Positions 23,651 through 36,000 of a stretch of DNA of 64,000 bases are shown piece after piece; position 1 is the stretch's first letter, and each line of letters opens with the position of its first letter. Position numbers and translations under genes: made by a program. The stretch lies in contig JAMDHS010000061.1 of the NCBI GenBank assembly GCA_029717555.1, positions 62,001 to 126,000 on the forward strand, in the 5' to 3' direction. This stretch comes from Peribolospora baueri. Lineage: Eukaryota. The notes under the pieces are model-generated. The model saw only the letters and a program-made list of their open reading frames with translations, did not search any database and was not told the DNA's origin.

Positions 23651-25425
23651 ATGTCTTCCACTTCCAGCCAGGTCCTTGCGGGCTGGGCCTCCAAGGACGG
23701 AGTATTCAGGAGGCAGCAGAGCCAGTTTAGGGACGTCGTCAAGAAAGGAGGCCGCTTCGAGCCCGAGAAAGGTGAGCGACCGAGGCGGCTGGGCTGACGT
23801 GCTCGTGTGAGCACGCGCACAAAGAGGACGGAGGGACGCACCTCGACGCGTTTCCATCCCATGCCCAATCTCGGCAATGCTCAGTTCATCCGTGTCGCCG
23901 CGCCGTCGGCCTCGCTTTCTTGCAGGTCGCTATCATCTCTACATCTCCCATGCGTGCCCCTGGGCGCATCGCACCGCGATCGTGCGCAGGCTCAAAGGCC
24001 TGGAGGACGTGATCGGCCTGAGCGTCGTCAACTCGTACATGGGCGCCGAGGGCTGGAGCTTCGTGCCATATGAGGACAGGCCCGACCTTGGAGTCGAGGG
24101 CACCGGTGATCGAGTGTACGGGTACAAGAGGATCAGGGAGCTTTATCTCAAGGTGAGCAGCACTCAGGCCGTCTCCCGCTCTCTTGCCGCGCCAAAAAAA
24201 GAAAGAGCTTTTGCTCGCCCGCATCCCGTCCGCGTCGAATTCGCTAACTCGACTCCTTCCTTCCTCAGGCGGATCCCAACTATTCCGCTCGTTTCACTGT
24301 TCCCGTCTTCTGGGACACCAAGGAAGGCACCATCGTGAACAGTGAGTAGCGTTGGCCAGCCAGCCAGCCAGCGGGTCGAGCACGAGAAGAGGCAGACGTC
24401 AAGGCCCTTCCATGGAACCAAACGAGCGAGCGCGCCCACTGACAAGCCGGTCTCGCTTTCTTTAAACGTCCAGACGAATCCTCAGAGATCATCCGCTTTC
24501 TCAACGATGCCTTTGACGACTTCGTCCCCGCCGAGAAGAAGGGCGTCACTTTCTACCCGGAGGAGCTGCGCGGGGAGATCGACTCGCTGAACGAGTGGGT
24601 CTACGACACCGTCAACAGTGAGTTGCGTGCCCGGGATCGGTTCGTGGTGTCGAACATTGGCCAAGCAGACGCGAGCGTCTTCGATAACCATGGCATTTCT
24701 TCTTTCCCCTTCTTATTCCCAGACGGCGTGTACAAAGCCGGCTTCGCCACGACGCAAGAGGCGTACGAGAATGAGGTCATGCCGCTTTTCGAGAGCTTGG
24801 ACCGCCTCGAGAAGATTCTGAGCGACGGTCGGAAATACCTCGTGGGTGAGTCGGGTCGAGTGACCGAAAGCAGCCGGCGCGCGGTTTTCTTTCGTGTGGA
24901 GCAAGGTCGCTGATGAGCTTTATCCCTATCGACCTGTCTGCCTCCTCTAGGAGGCCGCCTGACCGAGGCGGACATCCGCCTCTACACCACCCTCGTTCGC
25001 TTCGACCCGGTCTACGTAGGCCACTTCAAATGCAACATCCGCACCATAAGGGCCGGCTACCCTGTACTTCACCGTTGGTTGAGGAAGCTGTACTGGGGCG
25101 AGATAGCGGCGTTCAGGGAGACGACGGATTTCAAGCATATCAAGGCGCACTGTGAGTTCGTCGGCCGGTCGTGGGACACGCGGGCAGGTGGCAGCGGTGG
25201 CAGAGGGGGGGGGGGTACGCGTTTTATTTTCTAGCTCATAACGTGAACCTTTCCCATACCACACCATTCGCGTGCTCAGACTACCAATCCCATCCGCAAG
25301 TCAACCCCACCCGGGTCGTCCCCGTCGGACCCGTGCCCGACATTCTTCCCCTCCAAGACGGTTCCGAGGACGGGACGAAGGAAAACGGGAAAGAGGAGCA
25401 GACGAAGCGTCGGAAAGTCGCCTGA
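23651..25425 (+). CDS. Omega-class glutathione transferase / S-glutathionyl-hydroquinone reductase (Ecm4/Gto/YqjG-like)
   Basis: [93 protein letters not shown] and [14 protein letters not shown]. Confidence 0.93.
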
Positions 25426-26068
25426 GTCGCGCTCGGGCTGGATACGGGAAAGGAAACGGGAAATTCAAATTTGGAACGGCGCTTTCTTTCTCGGCCGACC
25501 GACCCCTCCGGCTTCTCGCCCCGCCCCGGTCAAATGAAACCGTAGCTCGCTCCAATCCCTATCCCGTCTCGTTTCGTCTTTGCGCGGAGGGTCACAAGTA
25601 TCCTCGGGCATGCCGATGGCGCCCCTCCCAAGCCGTTCTTTGCGCGTATCGGCCCCCCAGGGCTATGGTCTGAAATGCAAATGAAATTGAGCGCTTCCCC
25701 ACGCCTTTGGTTCGATCAGTAGCTTTTCCTCGGACTCCGTTTGGCGTCGCGTGACGTGACATGCATGGCCAACCGCGACGGCGTGGAGAGGAAACCCGTT
25801 CGTGGACAAACGTCTGGCCAGGTGCGGGCGGATGAAGTAGGCAGGTAAGGTGGATTTCCGTGCGAAACGCGAACAAACGTGTGATCTGCTTCGATCTAAT
25901 CCCATCCCATCCCCGAGTCCAAGTTCCGAATCCAATTCCAGTTTCATTCCCGTTCCAGTTTCGTTCCATCCCACCGTCCCTTCGTCCCTTCGTCCCTTCC
26001 CCGTTCGTTCGCCTTCGCCCCCGTCCGGTTCGCCCCGCCGCCCCTCCCCCCCCCCCCAATTCGAACCT

Positions 26069-27857
26069 TTAAAGCGACCCGACCCACGCGACCATCCTCT
26101 CCAATTCGCGGCCCCTGGCCGGCTCGCAGATGCTGAAGACGCAAAAGTCGTGGAACATCTCCGGCTCTTCGCTCACCGTCACCCACGCGCCTCGGTCGCA
26201 GTCGTCCTCTACCACGACCCGCTCGAGGTCTTTCAAGCCGCCGTCGCCGTTGGGCGAGGGGGGGCCTGGCGAGCGAGTCAAATCGGTCGCCGGCGTGGAA
26301 GCGGACCTGGCGACCGCTCTGCCGTTCATGTTCATCTCCGCCCGTCCTAAAGGTACCCCTCCGTTCTCTCGCGGCGGCGAGCCCTCCTCCTCCTCCTTCA
26401 GCGCGGACGACCTCCCCGACGCGCACATCCGTCTTCGGGAGGGATTGTCCTTCGCGATCAGCGAGGCAGCGAGGTGGATCTCGTCGTTGAGCAGTTCGAG
26501 CCGGCCCGTGGAGAAGTAGGTGCGCGGGTATCCTCCGAATAGCGTCCTCTCCTTATTCCCGCGTCCCGCCATGCCTGCTTCTCGTTCCTGTCCTGGTTCT
26601 GGTTTCGACGACCCATGCTTGTCAGTGTCGATGTCGATGTTGACGCAGCCGTTTCCGTTCTGCCCTGCTGCTGCCCGCCTCGGCCCGGTCTGGCCGACGC
26701 ACAACGAGCCGGGGGAGAAGTAGGCGTTGGTGGCGACGTCATCGTCGGTGATGCTAACGCCGCGAAAGCCCTTGAGGCCGTACACGCTGACCGCCGAGGG
26801 CGTATCGCGGGCGATGATGTCCGTCTTGCGGTTCCGCACAAAGCTGCTCTCCGGGCCCGCGTCCTGGTGGGTGGGCAGCATGTCTAGCCAAGGGCTCTGC
26901 ATCATCAGTCCTCCGATGGGGCCAATCACCAACTCGGGCGACGCGACGAGGTCGCCGATCTGGGCGTCCCGGAGATACCGTGCGAGCGCATGGGCGAGGT
27001 TGCCACCGGCCGAGTCGCCGGAGAGGACAATGTTCTGGGGCGCGAAACCGACGTGGCGGACGAGGTAGATGTAGCCTGCGAGGCCGTCCATGAGCTGGCA
27101 CGGGAACGGGTTGGCGGGCTCGGAATGAGGCTCGGCGCGACAGCATCGGTATTCGACGGAAAGGATGCGCTTGAACGGAGGTTTCGGCTGCCGAAGGGCG
27201 TGTTTGAGGAGGCCACGGACAAGGTTGGACACAGGGTCGCCAGGATGGGCGGAGCCGTACTGACGGTACGGAGCGAAAGACGAAGGCGGGAGAGAAAGAA
27301 GGAAGAAAGAATGCGAAGTCTAGGTAAGAGGCTACGCTCGGATGCAGGCCCGGAACATGAGACGCTGAAAGACAACGCACAACGTAGCCGCCGCCGTGGA
27401 AATGAAGGACGACCTTCTCGCCGTGCCTGGCCGGATGGCCAGCCGTTCCGGTCGGCGTACGCTCGCCCCACCAGTACGCAGGCACCTTTGCGGGGCGCGT
27501 GCCGTTCCTCCTACTCCACTCCGCCACCTCGCCCACGAGGTCGTGGTCGACGTCGAGGTCGGGCAGCCAGACAAACCTGCACTCGTCGCCGGCCTTGACG
27601 AGGTCATCGTCGGAGACGAGCTTGGTGAGGTCACGGGCGAAGACGGAGAAGAGACCGGATCGGATGCCCACGGTGCCCCACCACCTGCAAAGCCGGACGG
27701 TGAGAGCGAGGCGGGCGGACCAGCGCGGGGAGGGGCGCGCCCGGGGGAAAAGGTATATGAGGGCCCAGAAGGGGAGTTTGAAGAGGGCGAGGACGAAGAA
27801 GTGGTAGCCGAGGTAGAGCGCCTTGAGCGGCTGCTTGTGCACCGCCAGCTCGATCAT
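26069..27857 (-). CDS. HSL-family alpha/beta hydrolase with N-terminal hydrophobic segment (ErdH-like candidate)
   Basis: VVLHFHGGGYV oxyanion motif, LSVEYR, PFPCQLMD, LSGDSAGGNLA nucleophile elbow, SPWLD, GRLELLNDE and EMFHDF. One intron at about 27260-27381. Confidence 0.88.
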
Positions 27858-30233
27858 CTTCGGTTTTCACCGCCACCCTGGCTGGCCGCTCGGGAGACGG
27901 CGAAGGGGAAGGGAATGGCAAGAGCGTCTGACCGAGAGGAACGTCGAGCGTCGAGAACTTCCTACACGACGAGCGAGGGTCTAAAGCAAGTTAGAAACGT
28001 AGAGCGACCGACGGGAGCGGGGAGGTGGACATGGAAAGGGTGTTGGAGACGCCGGGCGAGGTGCGCAGAGGGCGAACGTCTGGGGGTATATATTTGTGAG
28101 TGGAGCGCAGCGTGGCGATGGAGGGGTGACGGGGACGGAGAGTGTGCAGGGCAGGTCGGCGGGTCGATGGCTGACCACCAGACGGCTCGACTGGGGGGAA
28201 GTCGAATATGAAAATGGACGACCTGAGAGCTCGTGCCAGCGACCTATGAACGTCTGCCGAGGACGTAAAGGCACAAGTAACGTTAGCAAGCCAGCCGGCC
28301 GGCGATATGCAGAGAGACCGCTTTTCCCGTTTCTCGCTCCTCCCGAAGCTGAAGGTGCGGCGATGGTTGGTTGTCTATATGTGCGCACCTTGGCCGACGG
28401 CGGCGGGCGAGCGTGTCCGCCGAACGCGGGACCGAATGCGGGCGTGGGTGTGTCTTTTGTGGAGAGGAGAGCGAAGGTGAGAGAAGGGGGCGTAGGCGTA
28501 GCGTCGAGAAGGAGAGTAGGACAAGCAAGACAGGTGGAACGAGGAAGGCAAGCCGATGATGGCCTCCGTCGGACTGACTGCGGAGGCGAATTCGTCCAAG
28601 TCCTTCTTCCTCGGCCACCTTTCTCCTTCCTTCGTCCATCCGTCGCCGGTCGAGCTCGTCGTGCTAGACAGCTGCCACTCAAGCACCCACCCGTCCCTCG
28701 ACTCGGCACACGACATTCGACCGTCGCCGACGGCCTGGTCGTGCCGTGCCGAGAGGGGAAGACGGCGACGGCGAGCGCGATCGACGATGGGTGCGTTGCA
28801 ATTCTTGCGTCATCGGATCGGATGGACGGGCGACGTTTGACGGCATGCCTTCCGTTCCGTATCACATGCGCGCGACTCGATGTCCAGCTCGCACCAGAGT
28901 CGCTACCGAGCGCATCGTCCTGAGTCGAGTCGAGTCGGAGTTTGCAAACAGCGTCAGAGCAGGGATGGAGGATGAGTGGGAGTGACCGGCGATCGACGTC
29001 CATACATCACGACGACGCAAAGCCATGTCCAGCAGGAAGCAGGGCCGGTCCGAAAAACAGCATAGCATGCACGATGACCGTTTTGACAAGGCCAAGCTGT
29101 CCGGCGCTCCTCTCCTGCCCAGCTACATACGGGCTCCCCCTCGCAATAGCACGACAGACAGATAGATAGACAGCATAAGATCCTTCTCTCCTCAGTGCCA
29201 TGTCGGGGGAAGAGCGACCGAGGACCGACGTTGGGATCCACGTTGCGTCAGACAGGAAGGGCCAAGCCGGCCAGCATGCCGAAAGCGACGCTGTTGCTGG
29301 CTGGCCATGTACGGTCGGTCGGTCGGTCGGTCAGTGGGCGAGAATGACGGCGCACACGATCGAGTCGTCCGGCTGAACGGCGTCATCAGCTCTCTCTTCT
29401 CCGATCTATGTATGGTTGGATCCCACGGACGACGACGACGATCGCGCTCAAGCTGCTCGGCGCTGCTGCAACCTCGCAAGACCGATAGAAGGGCAGGCAG
29501 GCAGGCAGGCAGGCAGGCAGGCGGTCGCTGGTGACGATGATCAGTCATCCGCGCGATCGCTTGGCCTTGATCAGATTACCCGATCGTCGCCCTCGCCACT
29601 GTTTTTTCTTTTTTTCTTTTTCTGTCCCCACCTGCGCCAGCTCGCTGCAGTCTCGAGGTGGGCGAGCGGACGTGCGGCATGCACATGATGCTTCTGAACG
29701 GTCGAGAGGCGTACCGAATTGTAACTAATTGTGACGCCAAGAGTTGTTGGCTGTGGCCGATGGCGAGGAGGTATGACGTCGTGGCGAGCGAACGTGCGCC
29801 CGGAGGGGAAGGAAGGCGATAAGGCGATGACGAGCCGACTTTGCGTCGTCCTCGACTGATCATGATCATTTGCGGTGTGGCAACCTCCATCCTCGGTGTC
29901 CATCGCCGTCCGATCTGCGACCTGCTCTCTGTCTACCCCCACACGGACCTCGACGTCTGACGGCTACGCCATATATATCATACATGGTGCACCTCCGCGT
30001 TTCACTCACTCTCTGCCCCTCGCTTTCATCCCCAACGTCGCGTCGCCACCCCTCCATCTCTCACCTAGACAGCGAGCGAGGGCTCTTGAGACTCTTGCGA
30101 CGACCTTGCGAATCCAATCCGCCGCCGTCATTCGCGCCCACCTCGTAGATACCGCTTCGCATACCCGCCTCGCCCTCCTTCGTCCCAGTCAGTCGCACGA
30201 TACAAACACCACCACCGACTCTGCCCGCCAACC

Positions 30234-31705
30234 ATGGCTGCAGGCGCCTCCAACGAGACGGCAGCGCGGACGCCAAAAGCCAACGGCGATGGCAACAGCA
30301 ACGGCCACGGCGACAGCAACGGCAAGGGCTCCGTGCTCGAGCCCAACGGCAACCTCCCCGTCGCCAATGGCAATCCCCCCCCTCCCTCCTCCTCCTCCGC
30401 CGCCAAGGCCCTCTCTCTCCCAGAAATGATCGCAAAGTACGGCGACTCGTCCAACACATGCTGGACGGAGGAGCAGTACCGCATCTGGCGACACAAACCC
30501 ACTGGCGCCATCGTCGGCTACGTCCCCTCGACGGACAAGTTCTGCATCGTCTGGGGTAACCCTTTGTGCGAGCCCGGGGACGTTGGCCAGGTCGTGCGCG
30601 CCTGGAACGAGTGGTGCTACGGCAAGCTTGCCCAAGAGGACGCCGACGTCGAGAGCAGGGGCATCATCGCCGGTCGGCCTCAGCTCGGCGCCGACGACGA
30701 GCCCGCGCCGCCGTTCAAGCCGCTGTGGTGCGTCGTCGGCGAGGCCGTCGAGCGCGTCCTCGCCGACGAGCTCGACTGGTGCGTTCTCGCCTGCGCCGCC
30801 GAGGACGTCCTCGACCCGGTGCAAGCGCACCCGGAAGAGTCGCGCGACCTCCGCCAGAACATGCACCGCGCCGAGCGCGCCGGCATCCAGGTCGTCCACG
30901 ACGATGGCGTGCCGTCCGAGGAGGTGAGGAAGGAGGCCGACCGAGGCCTCGAAGAGTGGAAGGAGAACCGCAAGGGGACGCAGATCCACACTACCCCGCT
31001 TGCACCTTGGCGCGACCTCGAGCACCGACGCTATTTCTTTGCCAGGGACGGGGATGACAAGGTGAGTCGCGAGCGGGGCCCACACCCGAACGAGTCTGAG
31101 CGCAGCGCTCAGTTAGGCTGGGTGGTGGTGGGGGCAGCCGGAAAAGAGGAGGAATCGCTGACCGGGTGAACGCTGTTTTGCCTTCTCCCTCCTCCACAAG
31201 ATGTGCGGCGTCCTCGTCCTCGCTAAGATCGCCCGGGGATGGGTGATCAAATACTGTATCCCCTTCCCCGGTTCTCCCAAGGGCACCTCGGAGGCGCTCG
31301 TCATGGAGGTCCTTCACGTCCTCCAACAAGAGGGCGCTCGCTACGTCACATTTGGCGTTGGAGCTGCGAAAAAGGTCCAGCCGGTCGCTCACCTCGGCGG
31401 TTGGAAAGTCGAGTGGCTGAGCAAGACGGTGAGCTCGCTAGCGCTAGTCTGTTTGAGAGCATCGAGGCCTGTGCCGTTTCAGTTGTCCGTGTTCTCCCAC
31501 TTTTCTTACCCATCGCGCTACGCTTGTTCCCTCCGTTCGCCCCGTTCAGTACAACGGCCTGAACAAGACGTTCGGCCTTGGGAAGAAGACGGAGTACCGG
31601 ACCAAGTACGGCGCGCGAGAGGAACCAGTGTACATGTGCTACGACGGTAAGCTAGGTCTCGAGGGCGTGCAGGCTATCATGAACATCCTCAAGAAGCCCG
31701 AGTGA
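30234..31705 (+). CDS. Free-standing DUF2156 (LPG_synthase_C-like) aminoacyl-tRNA transferase of the fungal ErdS type; exons 30234-31061, 31201-31428, 31550-31705 (~403 aa)
   Basis: IAKYGDSSNTCW, YRIWRHKPTGAIVGYVP, GNPLCEP, KPLW, WKENRKGTQIHTTPLAPWRDLEHRRYFFA, FPGSPKGTSE, VTFGVGA, KTEYRTKYGAREEPVYMCY and LGLEGVQAIMNIL match the ErdS C-terminal transferase domain as I recall it. All exon phases are 0 and the frame is open. Confidence 0.82.
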
Positions 31706-32361
31706 GGCGGTGCCCATTTTCTTTCCACACCTCCGCCGTCCCCCCCATCGTCTACCTCTGTTCGACCTTGGTTGGCCCTTCTCCCAACTCTGCTTCTCGC
31801 TCGTTGCCTGCCCACGGAAACAAGTAGACGAGGGGAATGCCGTACAATCGCGCTCGCTTCAGGCAACTGGCTTCCGTTCCGCACGCAAAATGGCCCGGAC
31901 AGAGATGTTTGCGCTGCTCCTCTCTCCGATTTCCCTCCCTCCGTTTCCCTCCCTCGCCCTTCCCACCTTCCTGGTCCCCTCGATTTGTCCTCCTGCACGC
32001 CTCATCCCTCCATCAGTGGTTTTCTTCCTGTTGTATCATACATCGTCCCACCCATCCTCCATCCCCCTTTCCCCTTCTCGTCACGGCCCTTCGTACACAT
32101 ACTCCTCCTTGCTCACCCCAACGACCTCGCTCCGTCCCCATTTGTATTCTCTTTGCCATCTTAACAGTCACCTCCTTCGGATCTCCCCGTCCCCGATTCT
32201 TCTAGGCCATGCAACTCTAGCTTATGCTCACTATCCGTCCGTCCATACACGCATCCGTTCCGTCACTCCTACACACGCTCGCATACGCACTCGCTTCCTC
32301 CCTCTCTCTTTCCAACCCAAGCACGCGTCCAGCCGGGGCTCTGCGGTTGTCGGTCGTCCAC

Positions 32362-32441
32362 TTTCTTTCTTTTTTTTTTTTTTTGTTTTGTTTTGTTTTT
32401 TTTGTGTTGTTTTTGTTTTTGTTTTTGTTTTTTTTTTTTTT
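32362..32441 (+). repeat. Poly-T/(GTTTT)n low-complexity tract
   Basis: About 80 nt of almost pure T interrupted by G, in an otherwise GC-rich intergenic region. Confidence 0.95.
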
Positions 32442-33026
32442 CATCTTCTTTGCAATCACGAGTTCCTCTGCGGCTCGCTTGACTAGGATCGATATGGTTG
32501 GTGTGAGACAACGCTCGCTCGCTCGGTCGGTTGGTCCGACGGCGATCACGTGCCGTGCCAGTCGGATCGGAACCGTGCGAGGTTGAGATACATTTGCCGA
32601 TGTCGGACGGCGTCCGACCGTCACCATCGCCGTCCGTCGTCTATGCGTTCCGCCTTATCGGCCCATTCCTCCTCCCATCCGCCCCCTCCTTCTTCCGCTC
32701 CTGCTCCTGCTCCTACTCCTGCTTCCGCCCCTGCCCCCGCCCCTTTTCGCTCCGCTTCCCTACACCGCCCTGCCGCTCGCGCTTTGAGTCATTGGCGGTC
32801 GGAGCACTCGCCAGAAGAGCACGACGACGTCGACGTCGACGTCGTCGACGAGGAGGGCACACGACCAGCATCAGAATCGGTGCCTCTTCGTCTCCTTTCG
32901 TCACCCCAACCGCCGCACTCGCCGCCCTCCCCCGCTCCCCCTCCCAGCGGCCGCCCCTCTCGCAGCCTCGCCTCTCTGATCGACCGTCTCCTCCGGCCCG
33001 GTCACCGACCCGTGCAGCTCGGCGAG

Positions 33027-36000
33027 ATGAAGTTCTCCCAAAGCCTCAAGTTCAACGCCGTGCCCGAGTGGTCCCATGGGTACATTAAGTGAGTCTGTCG
33101 CTCTGTTCCGCGAGCAGAAATGGTGGCCCAAGGAGCGGGGAGAGGGTGTTGGGGATAGGAACGGAAAGAGATAGATCGTCCTCGTTGCCTTCGTCTCCGT
33201 CCACTTTAGTTATTCCAACCTCAAAAAGGCTATCTATGCCATCGAGAAGGAGCAGGTCCTCGAAAGCGTCTCCGCCCAAGGCGCCTACCACGACGAGCCG
33301 GACGTGGACGTGGAGCACGAGTCTGCAGCGCTCCTCCGCGACCCTTCCCAGTCGGAGGCCAACAAGACCTTTATCCCTCTCCTCAACAAGGAGCTCTCCC
33401 GGATCGTCGAGTTTTACGCGAAAAAGGAGAACGAGCTGCAGAGCGATCTGCAAGAGCTCGGGCAGGATATCGAGCAGACGGAGGCGAGGGACTTGGAAGG
33501 GGAGAGGGTGACGTGGCAGCACCACGAGTCCGAGGACGAGGACGAGGATGAGGAGGATGACGACGACGAGGACTCGAGATGGGAAGGCCCGGTATCCTTT
33601 GGAAGGAGGACGAGCAGGAGCATGGGCAGAGCCGTGGGAGCGAGGATGCGCGCTTCGATAGATAACCTATTCCGCGACCCGCGTCAGTATCACGAGGGTC
33701 AAGAGGAGAGCAGGCACGCTGCCGATCTTCGTGCCGGTGTCGCGGCGGCCAATGGCGCCGCCAGTGTTGGTGTCGGTGCCGGGTTTGGAGGAGGAGCAGG
33801 AGGAGTTCCTTCCTCTCCTTCTTCGTTCAAGCGGGACCGTCGTAAGAGCAGGTCCTCCTTCGGCGCCACATCCGTCTCCGATGACCAGCAGCGTCTCTTC
33901 GATATAGACGATCTCAAGTCTTCGCACGACGCCGCCGCCGCCGCCCTCGTGCCTCCCCCCGAGGCCTTCGAACAGTCTGAATTGGACGGCGCCGCGGAGC
34001 GAGCTCAGGGCCAGCTCCAAGGCGGAGGAGGCTCGGGTGTAGACCAAGGCTGGGCTCACGAAGAAGGCGCGGCGACCAAATCGACGCACTGGGTCCGTCG
34101 GCGGAGTATGAGCATGCGCGAACGTTCTCTGAAATCGACGGATAAGGCCAGAGCAGGCGGCGGCGGCGGACAGAGACGCTCTCCCGGCTTGGGGATCACC
34201 ATCGTACCCGGCCCTCACCCGGCCGGACCACTCTCTGCTCGTAACGATGGTGAGGGCGCGCCAGTTCTAAATCACCAGCAACAGCAACAGCAACACCACC
34301 ATCCGCAGCATCATCACACGTGGGGTGCGGGCAGCCTCAGCCTCGGTGGTGGCCCGACAGAAGGAAGGCCTCTCTCCGTGTGGACGAGCGAGACGGACTA
34401 TGCGATCGACCTGCGGATCACCTACAAGAGGCGCATCACCGACCTGTTCGTCAACTTTTCGGAGCTCAAGCAGTTTATCCAGCTCAATCATACCGGCTTC
34501 AGGAAGAGTTTGAAGAAGTGAGTTGGTCGTCGAGTTTGGGGGTGGGGTTGCGGACGGGGTGGATCGAGTTAGGATTGAGTCGAGTCGAGTCTTGTCAAGG
34601 CGGCCGGTCGCCCTGGGTTACATCGTGCTCATGCTGGTCTCATCTCTTTTTTGCGCATATCAGGTACGATAAAGTAACTAGCAACGCCCTCCAAGAAAAA
34701 TACATGCAGGCTATCGTAGAGGTGAGCCGGTTCTGCTTCTCTTTATGGCTACTGTCTAAATCTCGACTGACCCATCCAAATTACTCTCGCCTCATCCCTT
34801 CCCACTCCTATCGGATCCTCTTCTCGGTGTTCCCACCGCGATACAGCAAGCCTATCCTTTCCTCTCCTCAACGCTCGACGGCATCGACAGTTCCATCTCC
34901 ACCCTCATTCAATTCTATGCCAAGATAGTGACGACGGGCAACGCCGATCTGGCACTCAAGCAGCTGTGTACGCACCTCCGAGAGCAAATCGTCTGGCAGC
35001 GCAACACCGTATGGCGAGACATGATTGGCATCGAGCGGCGTGCTCGCGCCGTCGGCTTGCAGGAGGCCGTCATAGGACAGGCAGGCAGGGTGGGCGCGGG
35101 GGACGAGAAGAAGGCGAGGCTCAAGCTCCGGACGCCTTGCGGACCCGTCTTTGTGCCCGCTTGGGTCGGCATCTCCTCGCTTCAGCTCGGCTCCGGCCTC
35201 GCCGTTTTCTTCCTCTTCCTCACCGCGCCCCAGTTGCAGTTCTTTGAGAGGCCGGAGGAGCAAAACTGCCTCGCCTTGCTCCTCCTTTGCACCATCCTCT
35301 GGGCCACAGAGGTGAGGTCTCTCGTCGTTTCACTCCTTCTCGCTACTCCGCTGCCTCGGTCCACGCTTGACATGTACCCCTCCCACGCCTCTTTCACAGG
35401 TCATCCCGCTTTTCGTCACTTCCCTTATGGTGCCTCTGCTCGTGGTCGTGCTGAGGGTGGGAAGATCAGAAGCCGACGACAGCCAATTATCCGCACACGA
35501 GGCGACCAAGTGAGTCTTCCGGTCGCGAGTGGGCGTGAATTAGCCATAGACGGCGGGTCATTAGCTTTGTCCTCCTCTCGCCCTCTCTGGCTCTGACCGT
35601 CACTCACCGTTCCTCCATCGCTCTCGCGCGCCTTTCGCAGGTGGATCTTCTCGACCATGTTCGCACCCAACATGTGCCTCCTCCTTGGCGGCTTCACCAT
35701 CGCCGCCGCACTCTCCAAGTACGGCATCGACCGCATCCTTGCCACGCGCGTCCTGAGCTTGGCGGGTACGAAGCCTAGCTTTGTCCTGCTCGCGCACATG
35801 TGCGTCGCCTGTTTTTCGAGCATGTGGATCAGCAACGTCGCCGCGCCCGTGTTGTGTTATTCGCTTATCACGGTGGGTCGAGCCTTCTCTGTCTTGGTTT
35901 GGCCCGTGTCGTCATGGATCGCGAGGCGGTCGGCTCACGCTCAGTCTCTTGCCCCTCCTCTACGCTGCGCGCTTCGCAGCCCGTGCTGAGGACCCTGCCG

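Noticed and set aside
27981..29003. 340-aa and 275-aa ORFs between the hydrolase and the DUF2156 gene as a possible AspRS remnant
   Set aside because: No aminoacyl-tRNA synthetase motifs; composition looks like random GC-rich sequence.
18373..31705. Amidase-Dus-GST-hydrolase-transferase run as one biosynthetic cluster
   Set aside because: There is no backbone enzyme or regulator; only the hydrolase/transferase pair has a functional precedent.
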